Source: an uncultured Clostridia bacterium (lineage in GTDB: Bacteria; Bacillota; Clostridia; Christensenellales; Borkfalkiaceae). From it: a stretch of 64,000 bases of DNA. A program made the translations under genes and the position numbers. The DNA lies in the NCBI GenBank assembly GCA_947588985.1, contig CANQBG010000004.1:1667-65666 (forward strand), written 5' to 3'. The notes beneath the pieces were generated by a model, which worked only from the letters and a program-made list of their open reading frames with translations, was not told the DNA's origin and did not search any database. Shown here one piece after another: positions 1 to 9,808 of the stretch; position 1 is the stretch's first letter; each line of letters opens with the position of its first letter.

Positions 1-519
1 ATGATCGAAAGCGGGTTGTTGAGCAAGCCGAGACTCTTTACGACGTTGTAGAAGGGAATGAGGCCGCCGCCGAAGAACATCGTGATGGTGAAGAACACCA
101 TGAAGAACTTGCGGAAGGGAAGCGTCTTTCTCGAGAGCGCCCATGCGGCCGTGAGGGTGAATCCCACGCTCAGCACGGTGTAGGTGAGCGTATACCAGAT
201 CGTGTTGCCGTAGCCGATCCAGATATCCGAGCGGGAGAAGCATTCCCGATAGCCCGCAAAGCTGATATCGACGGGCCACAGATACACTCTGCCGCCGATC
301 ACGGCGTCTGCGCTCGAGAAGGAGGCGATGACGACGAAATAGAGCGGGTATAAGACGATGAGCGCTAAAAGCGCAAGAACAATGTAGGTGATGATGTAGT
401 AGACGCGGTCCCCCACCGATTCCTTGACCTTCGTCCGCTTATGCTTCTTGGGCGCTTTCGTGGCACTCATGTCCGGAACGGGGGCTTCGGGGACTTTGTT
501 TTCCAAAATTTCTTCCATC
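1..519 (-). CDS. carbohydrate ABC transporter permease, LplC/YtcP-like (5' part only; gene runs off the left edge)
   Basis: Not in the ORF track because there is no stop in the window. My own translation from the ATG at 517-519 (GGAGG 7 nt upstream) reads MEEILENKVPEAP...LYPLYFVVIASFSS...FFGGGLIPFYNVVKSLGLLNNPLSI, a MalG-type permease N-terminus. It lies 11 nt downstream of the LplB-like gene. Confidence 0.75.
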
Positions 520-530
520 TTCGTTCCTCC

Positions 531-1568
531 TTAAAACAGCGAGTTCTCGGAGAACCGCTTAGACGTCGTGTTGGCCACGATGAGCAGCACGAGGTTGATG
601 ACGGAGTTGAAGAGACCCACCGCCGTCGCGTAGCCGGCGCGGACGCCGCGAATACCTTGCTGGTAGACGTACGTCGCGATGATCTCGCTCACGTTGATGT
701 TGCCGTCCGTCTGCATGAGGAGCACCTTTTCATAGCCGACGCCCATGAGCCCGCCGATGGACATGATGAGCATGACCGAAATGATGGGCATGATCGCGGG
801 GAGATCGACATGGAGCACGCGCTGGAAGCGGGAGGCGCCGTCGATCTGGGCCGCCTCATGTTGCGCCACGTCGACGCCCGAGAGCGCCGCGAGGTAGATG
901 ATGGAGCTCCAACCGAAATCCTGCCAGTTGCTCGAGAGGATGTACATCGGGCGGAAGGCTCCCTCCGACAGGAAGAAGGAGAACCGTTTGCCGCCCACCC
1001 CCGCAATGACGTTGTTCACGAGCCCGTATTGCCCGAAGAAGAGATAGAGCATCCCGACGAGGACGACGAGCGAGATGAAGTGCGGCCCGTTGAACACCGT
1101 CTGCAAGAACTTCGCGAGTTTCTTGTTCTTCGTCGTGTGCAACATGAGTGCCACGATGATGGGGAGCGGGAAGCCGATGATGAATCCGAGAATACACAGA
1201 AGGAAGGTATTCTTGATGAGCGGCCAGAACATCGCGTCCCCGAAGAATTCCTTGAAGTTCTGGAAGCCGATCCAGACCGTGCTCGGCCCGATGATCTCTT
1301 TCCCGGGAATGTAGTCCTGAAAGGCGATCAACACGCCGTACATCGGGATGTAGGCAAAGATGAACGTTACGACGACCGCGGGAATCAGGAAGAGCAGGTA
1401 GCTCCAGTTCCGCTTGAAGTTCCGCGCAAAATAGCTCCCCTTGAACTTCTCCCAAAGCGACGGCTTCTCGCTTTGACTTTGCATCCCGGAGGCGCCCGTC
1501 TCGGCCGGACGGGCTTGATCCGCTTCGGCCGCTTCCGCGCTTTCCGTCTGCAAAAGCTGAGTTTCCAT
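531..1568 (-). CDS. sugar/polysaccharide ABC transporter permease, LplB-like
   Basis: ORF 531..1682 trimmed to Met39 (METQLLQ), which has GGAGG upstream. It is a multi-TM MalF-type permease with the EAA-loop signature HEAAQIDGASRFQ. Confidence 0.85.
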   Translation of the reverse strand: METQLLQTESAEAAEADQARPAETGASGMQSQSEKPSLWEKFKGSYFARNFKRNWSYLLFLIPAVVVTFIFAYIPMYGVLIAFQDYIPGKEIIGPSTVWIGFQNFKEFFGDAMFWPLIKNTFLLCILGFIIGFPLPIIVALMLHTTKNKKLAKFLQTVFNGPHFISLVVLVGMLYLFFGQYGLVNNVIAGVGGKRFSFFLSEGAFRPMYILSSNWQDFGWSSIIYLAALSGVDVAQHEAAQIDGASRFQRVLHVDLPAIMPIISVMLIMSIGGLMGVGYEKVLLMQTDGNINVSEIIATYVYQQGIRGVRAGYATAVGLFNSVINLVLLIVANTTSKRFSENSLF

Positions 1569-1805
1569 AAAATTTACCTCCTTGTCACAATTCCGAAAGA
1601 GTGCCCTTCGAACGATTCCTATTATAATTTCTCCCCTATTTCCGTCAAGAGGGCCGAAATATTTTGTCAGAAAATTGTGCATTTGCCCAAATTACCCCAT
1701 TTTATTTGTGCAAAACCCGAAAAAATATTGGCGATTCCCTTGACTTTCTTTCAACTTGTGGTATAATAAAAACAAAAAAACCGTCCTCAGACGATTCGAA
1801 CGAAC

Positions 1806-2828
1806 ATGAAAAGAGAGAGAATCACAATTCAGGATATTGCAGACTCACTCGGTCTCTCCCGCAACACCGTCTCCAAGGCCTTAAACGGACAATACGTCCC
1901 GCCGCGCACGCGCGAGCTGGTATTGTCCGCCGCCATCGACCTCGGCTATAAAAGTTATCATGCCGTTGCGGATCAGAGTACGGATAGCACCCCCCCCCGC
2001 ATTGTCTTGATCGCCTCCAAGCTGCTCATGACGATGTCGTTTTTCGTGCACGTCGTGCGGGGGATCGAGGCCGCCCTCACCGAACAGGAGAATGTGGAAC
2101 TTCTGCAATTCACCGTTGCCAAGACTTCCTATTTTAACCGGCTCGTGGAATTCCTCCACGAGAACAAGGTAGACGGCATCATCTGCATGGAGCTCTTCCA
2201 TGCGGACTACGTCCCCAAGCTCATCGAGCTGGGCTACCCCACCGTCTTTTTCGACTTCCCCATCTACGTCTCCGCGACGGGCAATTACGACGTCGTGCTC
2301 GCGGAAAGTTTCTCGTCCGTCAAAAATTATTGTCTCTCGCTCATCGGCAATCAGGATTGCAGGAACTTCGGCTTCGTGGGGGATTACACCCACTGCACCT
2401 CCTTCTACGAGCGCTTCCTCGCTATGCGGGAGGCCATCTTCCTCGCGGGGCTCCCCTACGATCCGCGCTACTCCGTCATCGAAAAGGACTCCTTCCCCTA
2501 TGGGAACGCGCGCGAGCTCGCCGCCCTCTTTGCCGCGATGCCCGCCCTGCCCGATTGCTTTGTGGCCGCCAACGACACGATCGCCATCGGCGTCATCGAG
2601 GCCTTGAAGCTCCTGCATAAAAAAGTCCCCCGCGACGTCTTGGTCGTCGGGTTCGACAACCTCGCGGAGGCCAAATCGCACGACCCGCAGATCACGACCT
2701 TCAACGTCGATAAAACGGGGATCGGCAGAAAACTTCTCGCCGTCCTCTTGGACCGCATCCGCAATCCGCGCCAAAAGACGCAGACCATCTATCTCCAATC
2801 CAAGCTCATCATCCGTCAGACGACGTAA
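1806..2828 (+). CDS. LacI family transcriptional regulator
   Basis: N-terminal HTH ITIQDIADSLGLSRNTVSKALNG followed by a periplasmic-binding-protein-like sugar-binding fold. Divergent from the sugar ABC genes. Confidence 0.9.
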   Translation: MKRERITIQDIADSLGLSRNTVSKALNGQYVPPRTRELVLSAAIDLGYKSYHAVADQSTDSTPPRIVLIASKLLMTMSFFVHVVRGIEAALTEQENVELLQFTVAKTSYFNRLVEFLHENKVDGIICMELFHADYVPKLIELGYPTVFFDFPIYVSATGNYDVVLAESFSSVKNYCLSLIGNQDCRNFGFVGDYTHCTSFYERFLAMREAIFLAGLPYDPRYSVIEKDSFPYGNARELAALFAAMPALPDCFVAANDTIAIGVIEALKLLHKKVPRDVLVVGFDNLAEAKSHDPQITTFNVDKTGIGRKLLAVLLDRIRNPRQKTQTIYLQSKLIIRQTT

Positions 2829-2863
2829 AAGGCCGTAAATCTATTGGAAAAGGACATATAAAA

Positions 2864-2896
2864 AAGGGGGGAGCGCAGAGCTCTTCCCTTGTTTTA
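2864..2896 (+). terminator. putative rho-independent terminator after the LacI gene
   Basis: Stem AAGGGGGGAGC / GCTCTTCCCTT (11 bp including two G-U pairs), loop GCAGA, followed by GTTTTAT. Confidence 0.4.
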
Positions 2897-2971
2897 TGCC
2901 GAATTTTTATGGTATTGGAGCGAAAACGGGGCACCCATGTCTGAAACGGAGGCCCGCGTAAGCCTTCCCGG

Positions 2972-3436
2972 TCATTCCGGATATGTAAAGCGCTTTTCCG
3001 TAAGTTCCGTGAGATATTTGCCGATATAATACTTCGCGAGCGGGAGATTCTGATCCAAGTAGTTGCCGCATTCCTCCGCCGTGGCGCCCGGGATCTCCCC
3101 CTCGTAGTCGAGGATGAAATCGCACATCTCCGAGACGAGCCCGCAGAGTTCGGAGGGGGTGAGCTGGCCGAACATCACGAGGTAGAAGCCCGTGCGGCAG
3201 CCCATCGGGCCGAAGTAGATGACGTCGCTCTTCTTCCGGGAGTTCCGCAAAAAGGTCGCGCCCAAATGCTCGATGGTGTGCACCGCCGCCATGTCCATCG
3301 GCGGTTCGCGGTTAGGGGCCGTCATGCGGAGGTCGAACGTCGTTACGACGGTGAGCAGCTTCCTGTCGTAGCGCGAGACGTAGAGGCCGGGCAGCAGGCG
3401 GGTGTGATCGATCTGAAAGCTCGCGATCTTATTCAT
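2972..3436 (-). CDS. luxS: S-ribosylhomocysteine lyase
   Basis: 154 aa with the HTIEHL metal-binding motif and GPMGCRTGFY, both typical of LuxS. Confidence 0.93.
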   Translation of the reverse strand: MNKIASFQIDHTRLLPGLYVSRYDRKLLTVVTTFDLRMTAPNREPPMDMAAVHTIEHLGATFLRNSRKKSDVIYFGPMGCRTGFYLVMFGQLTPSELCGLVSEMCDFILDYEGEIPGATAEECGNYLDQNLPLAKYYIGKYLTELTEKRFTYPE

Positions 3437-4463
3437 CTCCCTTCTCCTTGAAGGCGGGGTTCTCCTCGCCCTTCTCCTGCGGCATCAAAAATTCCACCCC
3501 TTCCGACTTGAATCCGAGGCCGTGCACTTCGGAGACGACGGAGATCGTGATGAAGGCGTGCGGGTCGATCTTCTCCACCTCGCGCTTGAGCGAGACGAGC
3601 TGGCGGTGCGAGATGACGGTGAGGAGCATGTGGCAATTTTGCTTGAGATAGCCCGTCTGACCATATAGGATCGTGACGCCGCGGCTGATCTTGTGCAGGA
3701 TCATGTCGCGGATCTCGAGATAGGATTCGCTGATGATCTTCACCTGCGTCCGCCGCATGCCGATGGGCGAGACTTTGGCGACGACGAGGGAGGTGATGAG
3801 GGTAAGCATGATGCCGTAAAAGATGTTGGCGAGCCCCACCGTCTGCATGAAGTTGGGCACCGTGAATTCGAGCGCGATGATGATCCCATCGAGGATCCAC
3901 AGCGAGACGGAGACGGGGGTGCCGAAGTATTTTTGGAAGATGAGCGGCGGGATATCCGTGCCGCCCGTGGAGGCCCCCACCCGCACCACGATGCCGAGGC
4001 CGAGCCCGAAGATGAGCCCGCCCATCACGGCGCAAAGCATGGGATTTTGCAGCGATTGCCCGAGCGTCACGCCGCCGTTGGCCGACGCATAGAGGCCGTC
4101 GAGATAGGTATATAAGCTCATGAAGGCGGGGTAGAGGAGGGTGCCCGCGAGCGTCCCCGCGGCGAACTTCTTCCCGAGCGTGATAACCCCGATGATGAAG
4201 AGGATGATGTTGGCAACGTAGACGACGATATTCACGATCCAACGGCCCATCTCCGCGTCTACACTCGCGCCGAAGAGGTTTTTAACGTAGATCCCAAGGC
4301 CCGTAGAGCCCCCCATGGCGAAGCCGAGCGGCTCCACAAAGAAGGCCGTAGCCGCAGCCGCGATCGCGTTTCCGAAGAAGATGATCAGGCTGTTTAGGAG
4401 AAACCGCTGAACTTGCCGCTTGGTCGGCCGCTTCAGCGAATGTTTGTGAGGATGCGCTTTCAT
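3429..4463 (-). CDS. YitT family membrane protein (YitT N-domain + DUF2179-like C-domain)
   Basis: Multi-TM N-terminal half with a soluble C-terminal domain (LLTVISHRQLVSLKREVEKIDPHAFITISVVSEVHG). Overlaps the luxS start by 8 nt. Confidence 0.8.
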   Translation of the reverse strand: MKAHPHKHSLKRPTKRQVQRFLLNSLIIFFGNAIAAAATAFFVEPLGFAMGGSTGLGIYVKNLFGASVDAEMGRWIVNIVVYVANIILFIIGVITLGKKFAAGTLAGTLLYPAFMSLYTYLDGLYASANGGVTLGQSLQNPMLCAVMGGLIFGLGLGIVVRVGASTGGTDIPPLIFQKYFGTPVSVSLWILDGIIIALEFTVPNFMQTVGLANIFYGIMLTLITSLVVAKVSPIGMRRTQVKIISESYLEIRDMILHKISRGVTILYGQTGYLKQNCHMLLTVISHRQLVSLKREVEKIDPHAFITISVVSEVHGLGFKSEGVEFLMPQEKGEENPAFKEKGDE

Positions 4464-4486
4464 AAGTTACCTTCCTTTTCCCCGCT

Positions 4487-4515
4487 ATTATACCATTCCG
4501 CCGCCGATTTGGCAA
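4487..4515 (-). promoter_or_regulatory. sigma-A type promoter upstream of the YitT-family gene
   Basis: On the minus strand: TTGCCA, a 17-nt spacer, then TATAAT, ending about 24 nt upstream of the ATG at 4463. Confidence 0.45.
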
Positions 4516-4707
4516 CCACTTTCAAAAATTTTTTTTGCGCTCGCAACCAGCCCCTTCGCCCGCGCTCAAGGAAACGGAATCGGGGCGTCTTAATTTTATC
4601 CGTACTGTTAAGGTACTCGCATAATAACTTTTTCTGAAATCCCGGATGTGACATTCCTGGTCGCTGTTGGATCGTTCATCGTCTTGCTCCCAGCGATTGG
4701 CAGCCTG

Positions 4708-7563
4708 CTACCTTTCCCTTCGTCCTCGTAAATAATGCCATTTTTTATCATAATCGTTATGCAACGGGTAAAATGGCTTACATAGTTTCTTGATCTCAAA
4801 GCGCTTCTCCGCCTTTAGCTTCCCAAAGCCATGTTGGTTCGCTGATTTTTTTTGAGGCGCGGAATCACTCGGCTTAGGTATCGGTTTCTGCATATTTCCC
4901 CTAAGCTTACTTCCTCTTTGCCGCCAGAAACCTGGGCGGGGACTTCCCCATACGACAGGACAATTTCCATTCGCCTCCCGGTTTTTCACATTCCAAGCCT
5001 TCCCCCAGCAACTAGGCTCTTCGGGTGCTTCACAGTAAATCGTCAAACTGTTACAACCCCAGAACGCCTGTGTCCCTATCGAGGTCACGCTATCCGGAAT
5101 GGTAATGGAGGTCAAATCGCTATAACCATAGAACGCATATTCGCCAATCGAGACTACGCTATCGGGAATCATACTATTCCTACAACCTAAAATCAAGGCT
5201 TTCGAACGCTTTTCAATTAAGCAATCGTTTTCACTTCGATAGACGGCATTCCCCTTCGCCACTTCAATATAATCGAGTCCATTGCACTCAAAAAACGCCC
5301 GCTTCCCAATCAAAGTCACGCTTTCCGGAATGACAATGCCCGTAAGCCCGCTGCAGCCCCTGAACGCATCGCCCCCGATCGAAGTGATGCCCTCGGGAAT
5401 AACAATGCCCGCGAGCCCACTGCAACCCCTAAACGCATCCTGCCCAATCGTAGTCACGCCAAGGGGGATCACGCTGGTATTGCAACCCAAAATCAAGGTC
5501 TTAGAACGTCTTTTGATCAAGCAATTGTTTTCACTCCGATAGACGGCATTCCCCTTCGCCACTTCAATATACTCGAGTCCATTGCACCCAAAAAACGCCC
5601 GCTTCCCAATCGAATTCACACTGTCGGGAATGACGACTTGCTTGAGCCAACCGCAATCCAAAAAAGCCTTATCCCCAATTGAAGTCACGCCGAGAGGAAT
5701 TTGAACCTTCGCCGCTTTCCCTATGTACCGTTTTAAGATAGTCCCTTCTATTTGGAATTCTGGCTTATCATCAAGAGTAGGCGTGATCTCTGGTGCGGGT
5801 TGCGGTGCGGGCTTTTGTTGCGGTTTGGGTTCAGGTGCGGACTGCGACACGGGTTGCCGCGTTTCGGAAAAAGTTCTTCCTCCGCACTCCATACAAACTT
5901 TTGCGTGTTTCGGATTCTCCTGCCCGCAAAAAAGACAAAACTTAGTGGACGCAAATTGCTCCTCTAAAATAGCAATCCTTTGCCGTAGCTTTTCTATTTC
6001 TCTTTTCTGTGCCTCATTCTTTTCTCGTTCAAGTTCAAGCGCATCTTTATCGCGATCGCTCTTTCTGTTTGCCCACTCCAATGCATCAACAAGCGTTGTC
6101 CCGGGAGCCGGACATTTTGCACTGTTGCAAAACATTGCGTCAAGCAAATACGATTTCCCGCATATGGGACAATATTTCAACCCGCTCTCTACGTATTCCC
6201 CGGCATTTTTGACCGCATTCGCCACGCCCTGCAAAATCTCTTTTACGGGTTCCGCTCGGTCCCATTCTTCATACTTTCCATCCAGATCGTCTTCTAATTC
6301 AATGACTGTATCCTTGTAAACGACAATGATACGATCAAATGGATTTTTCCCTCTCTTTTCGCAAAATTTACAAAACCGGTTGATTTCATTTTCGACCCAA
6401 GGCGTTTTACGATATTCCTCCTTGCTGCACACAAGGAGCATGATTTTCACCCTTGAAAGCGCATAATGGATGAGGGACTCATATTCGATTGTTCCCTGCT
6501 TCGCACGTTGCTCTTTGCAATCCACATCGGAGAAGAAGGGATTTACACCAAGTTTTTTCAGCCCTTCATATACTTGCTGTTCCTTGATCCACTCGTAATC
6601 ATCGGTATAGGGCCCGTCTTTATACTCCGACACTTTCGTGCAGATGAAGCAATCATAAGAAAGACCCTTGTCACGGTACTCGCAGATATGCTTCCGGCTA
6701 CTTTTAAGTTTTTTAACAAATCCTCTGAATACGCTTTTTTGTTCATCCGAGGCATTGTCAAGCGCTTCACGATAAGAACCGTGATTTTCAAATAAATCCA
6801 TATTGTAATCAAACAATATGAACCGTTCGGCATTGGCTACATCATCCCAAATCAACTGGATCTTCCACTCCGCCAAGGCCATCCCAAAATAGGCGTCTGC
6901 CGACATGCCGCCCGTAGCGGCTTTCGTGGCTTCGTTGAAGCGCTCTTTGGCGAGTTCAAACTCTGCCGCTTGCAGTGCACGATATCCCAACAACAAGTTC
7001 CGTTCGCAATAGTCCTCTTCCCGTTGGTCCCTTTTGGCCTCGCGTTCGATGATCCGCCCTAAATCTCGCTGAACTTCATCCAATCTCCTATCCAAAGCGC
7101 TGTAGTACTGTTCCGCTAAATAGTTTGCCTTTTGCTGCAATGCCTGCATACTTTCCAGCAAACTCTTGTCTTCCGATAGCTTTTCGGTGAGTTGCGCGAT
7201 AAAACTCTTGAATAGCACCGCTTGGCCGCTCTGCAGGTCCTCGAATCTCTTTTGGACGGCTGCCTCGATCCGCTCCTCGCTTTGGGATTGCGCATCTTTT
7301 ATATTGCAAACATACTCGATAAATTTGCTCTCGACAAGTGCGCCGACTTGCTTTGCCACATCTTCGGTGACGGCATGCCTCTGCGCCCTTATTTCTCGCG
7401 TGAGCTGTTCGGTGAGTCGTTCGGTCTGTTTATCGAGATAATCCTCTACGGCCTTTTCGTCGAGACCTGTGGAAATTACAATATCCCTTGCTCTGATTTT
7501 GCCCGTATTGATTAAAGAGTTTTCGCCGGTATTACTTACGCTGCCTGCTTCTTTCCGCGCCAT
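4708..7563 (-). CDS. TIR-domain protein with coiled-coil/TPR-like N-region, two zinc ribbons, Pro-rich linker and BspA-type leucine-rich repeats
   Basis: The TIR-like core spans aa ~302-425 (SYDCFICTKVSEY...TPWVENEINRF, resembling the SxWCxxEL catalytic-Glu motif). Zinc ribbons are CPICGK..CNSAKC and CLFCGQ..CMECG. The Pro-rich linker reads PEPKPQQKPAPQPAP. About 23-aa repeats follow (IPDSVTSIGxxAFxGCSxLTxI) and end in LTIYCEA...PVVWG. GGAG RBS. Confidence 0.8.
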   Translation of the reverse strand: MARKEAGSVSNTGENSLINTGKIRARDIVISTGLDEKAVEDYLDKQTERLTEQLTREIRAQRHAVTEDVAKQVGALVESKFIEYVCNIKDAQSQSEERIEAAVQKRFEDLQSGQAVLFKSFIAQLTEKLSEDKSLLESMQALQQKANYLAEQYYSALDRRLDEVQRDLGRIIEREAKRDQREEDYCERNLLLGYRALQAAEFELAKERFNEATKAATGGMSADAYFGMALAEWKIQLIWDDVANAERFILFDYNMDLFENHGSYREALDNASDEQKSVFRGFVKKLKSSRKHICEYRDKGLSYDCFICTKVSEYKDGPYTDDYEWIKEQQVYEGLKKLGVNPFFSDVDCKEQRAKQGTIEYESLIHYALSRVKIMLLVCSKEEYRKTPWVENEINRFCKFCEKRGKNPFDRIIVVYKDTVIELEDDLDGKYEEWDRAEPVKEILQGVANAVKNAGEYVESGLKYCPICGKSYLLDAMFCNSAKCPAPGTTLVDALEWANRKSDRDKDALELEREKNEAQKREIEKLRQRIAILEEQFASTKFCLFCGQENPKHAKVCMECGGRTFSETRQPVSQSAPEPKPQQKPAPQPAPEITPTLDDKPEFQIEGTILKRYIGKAAKVQIPLGVTSIGDKAFLDCGWLKQVVIPDSVNSIGKRAFFGCNGLEYIEVAKGNAVYRSENNCLIKRRSKTLILGCNTSVIPLGVTTIGQDAFRGCSGLAGIVIPEGITSIGGDAFRGCSGLTGIVIPESVTLIGKRAFFECNGLDYIEVAKGNAVYRSENDCLIEKRSKALILGCRNSMIPDSVVSIGEYAFYGYSDLTSITIPDSVTSIGTQAFWGCNSLTIYCEAPEEPSCWGKAWNVKNREANGNCPVVWGSPRPGFWRQRGSKLRGNMQKPIPKPSDSAPQKKSANQHGFGKLKAEKRFEIKKLCKPFYPLHNDYDKKWHYLRGRRER

Positions 7564-7583
7564 TTTCGCGTCTCCTGATATTT

Positions 7584-8219
7584 TTACTTATCGGTGGTTT
7601 TGAAGAGCTCTTCTATATTTATTGTAATATTTTTTGCTTGAATTTTTCCCGTATTGTTAAAAGATCCCTTGCCGGTATTATTGATATCACCAGAGCCTTC
7701 ATAGTACTTCCTTATAACCTCCGTGTTTCCGGCGCTTATATTTGCTTCGTTGAGTTTATCATCGCAATATTCATAGATAAAGAAAATCAAGCCGAAGGAA
7801 CAATCGCAAACGCCTATAACATTACACCATACCGCCGGAATATACTCAAGTGCACTTAAAATTCCCAAAGCAAGCACCGCCCCCGTTACGACGGCGAGAA
7901 TAACGATTACCCAAACGGCCCTCTTTTTTTTGCTCGCCCGCATTGAACCGAGCGCTTCATCTTTGACTTGTTTCCGCACGTCTTCCAATTGCTTCTTCAG
8001 TTCAGCATGCAGACTCTCCAAATAGGAATCTGCATTTTCTATTCTTGATTCCCGATACAGATAATTATCTATGAGGCCAAACGCCTTTTCGGCCTTTTTT
8101 AACCTATTTTCAGGCAAACAATCGATAAGTTCGCAACTTTCATCAATCAAAAATTTACCTAATTCGTCCACTTTTGGCTTCAACTCGCCAAGTTTTTTCG
8201 TCATTTCTGTTTTTATCAT
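7584..8219 (-). CDS. small membrane protein (helical N-domain, TM hairpin, C-terminal NTGK motif)
   Basis: 211 aa with an AAGGAG RBS. Two hydrophobic helices (AVWVIVILAVVTGAVLALGILSAL, VIGVCDCSFGLIFFIYEY). I recognise no family. Confidence 0.65.
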   Translation of the reverse strand: MIKTEMTKKLGELKPKVDELGKFLIDESCELIDCLPENRLKKAEKAFGLIDNYLYRESRIENADSYLESLHAELKKQLEDVRKQVKDEALGSMRASKKKRAVWVIVILAVVTGAVLALGILSALEYIPAVWCNVIGVCDCSFGLIFFIYEYCDDKLNEANISAGNTEVIRKYYEGSGDINNTGKGSFNNTGKIQAKNITINIEELFKTTDK

Positions 8220-8270
8220 GATGGCTTTCTCCTTTTTTATAAACCACGCGCGTTGGCATAGGATTCATGC

Positions 8271-9782
8271 TCATTCATGCTTCAAATAGTTGATCGCTTT
8301 TTCAGTAAGACTTCTGCCGCGGCCGGTGACGATAATAAATCCAATCCTAATAAGATACGGTTCGTATTCGGAGAGGTACTTCTTGGGGTCCAATCCAATA
8401 CGGGCAGCAAGCGTATCGGCGCCGATCGCACCGCTCATATCCTCTGCGATTGCGTTCAGGATCTCCAAATCCTTCTTTTCAAGGCCGATCTCATTGATGC
8501 CCTTTTCTTCAAAATACCGCTTCACGACGTCGAGATCGATGCTCGTTGAAACGCGCTGGCCCTTATCGTCGTAGAGTGCCGTATCCAACCCGTCCACAAA
8601 AGAATTGACATAGCGAATAGACCCGCGGCTACGGGGAATACAAGCGTCTATTGCTTCGTCGGTAATGGTAAGGCCCTTCGATGCTACTTTGTTCTTATAA
8701 ATGCGTTTCAGCTCATCGGGCGTATAGTCCACCATCTGGAACTTCAATCTGAGGCATCTGTCTTTTATGGTATTGAGGACCTTATCATCGTCGGTGGTTG
8801 CCGCGATAAAGGTGAAGTTGTCGATCGGAATGCGTTTCACCACGCCGTTTATGTCGGGCGGCGAGACATACACGCGACTGTTGAGCAACGTTAAAAGGCT
8901 CGATTGCAGCTCGTCCGTCAACATATGTATTTCGTCAAAGGCGATCACGACGGGTTCGTTCTCCCTTGCGACCTTCATCAAGAAATTCTGCAAGGCCTTC
9001 AGGGATTGCTGGCTGTTGCGATATTGCGAACAGTCCATCCACTCATACCGAACGCCGAGCGCCTTTGCGATAAGTTCCATGAGCGTGGATTTCCCAAGCC
9101 CGGGATTGCCGAAAAGCAGGATGTTATCGAGATACTTCCTTCCCTGCGCTTTGGCAATGGCGATTTCTTTTAACAAAGGTTTGACGATATGCTGCTGACC
9201 GATAAATCCCTCCAATGTATCCGGAGAGAACAACGGCTCATCTTTTCCTCCGCCGTCAACTTCTTCTCCCTCCGAAGCGGGCACAACGGGTGCGACGGGG
9301 GCATCAACTTTCGGCTCGTCGTCCTGCCCCTTTATGATCGGCTCCACGGGGATAAGCGGCTCCGCGGGTTCGGAAATAATGGGCGAAGGCTTGACGTCGG
9401 GCTCTTGCGGTCCTACAATGCCGTCTATATTCACGCCGCCGCTTGGAATCGACGGTCCTTGAGGGGGCAAAGCGCGTCCGCCCCCGCCCAAGATATCCCC
9501 GAAGGAAGGGATATCCGTGTCTGCAATCAGCCCGAAGAACTTTTGGACACGCCTGTCCTGCAGGCCGTTTTTGCGGATGATTTCTATGTAACTTCCGAAA
9601 ACATCCTGCCAATGGGATAGCTTTGCCTTGATAACGATGGGATCGCCGTTGTTGAGCGAATATTGCCCGGCAAACAGCTTGTACAGCTCTAAGAGCCCTT
9701 GCAACGTGGCCTCTTGATCGTTTGCCCGCGCGGCATGCAATGCCGCTCTGTACTTCTCACGAAATAAATCTGCAAATGTCAT
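8271..9782 (-). CDS. RuvB-like AAA+ ATPase with N-terminal MIT-like helical domain and Pro-rich linker
   Basis: FIGQQHIVKPL, Walker A GNPGLGKST, Walker B VVIAFDEIHML, and FTFIAATTDD...IKDRC. The C-terminal winged helix YEPYLIRIGFIIVTGRGRSLTEKAINYL closely matches the RuvB C-terminus (EPYLIQxGFxxRTPRGR). The first ~175 aa are extra relative to RuvB. Confidence 0.8.
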   Translation of the reverse strand: MTFADLFREKYRAALHAARANDQEATLQGLLELYKLFAGQYSLNNGDPIVIKAKLSHWQDVFGSYIEIIRKNGLQDRRVQKFFGLIADTDIPSFGDILGGGGRALPPQGPSIPSGGVNIDGIVGPQEPDVKPSPIISEPAEPLIPVEPIIKGQDDEPKVDAPVAPVVPASEGEEVDGGGKDEPLFSPDTLEGFIGQQHIVKPLLKEIAIAKAQGRKYLDNILLFGNPGLGKSTLMELIAKALGVRYEWMDCSQYRNSQQSLKALQNFLMKVARENEPVVIAFDEIHMLTDELQSSLLTLLNSRVYVSPPDINGVVKRIPIDNFTFIAATTDDDKVLNTIKDRCLRLKFQMVDYTPDELKRIYKNKVASKGLTITDEAIDACIPRSRGSIRYVNSFVDGLDTALYDDKGQRVSTSIDLDVVKRYFEEKGINEIGLEKKDLEILNAIAEDMSGAIGADTLAARIGLDPKKYLSEYEPYLIRIGFIIVTGRGRSLTEKAINYLKHE

Positions 9783-9808
9783 AATTATTTACTCCTTTCG
9801 ATTCTTTG

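Noticed and set aside
441-1766. 441-aa plus-strand ORF covering the LplB-like gene
   Set aside because: It is antisense to a well-supported permease gene. The product is low-complexity (R/E/D/H/G-rich) and there is no RBS. This is a typical high-GC shadow ORF.
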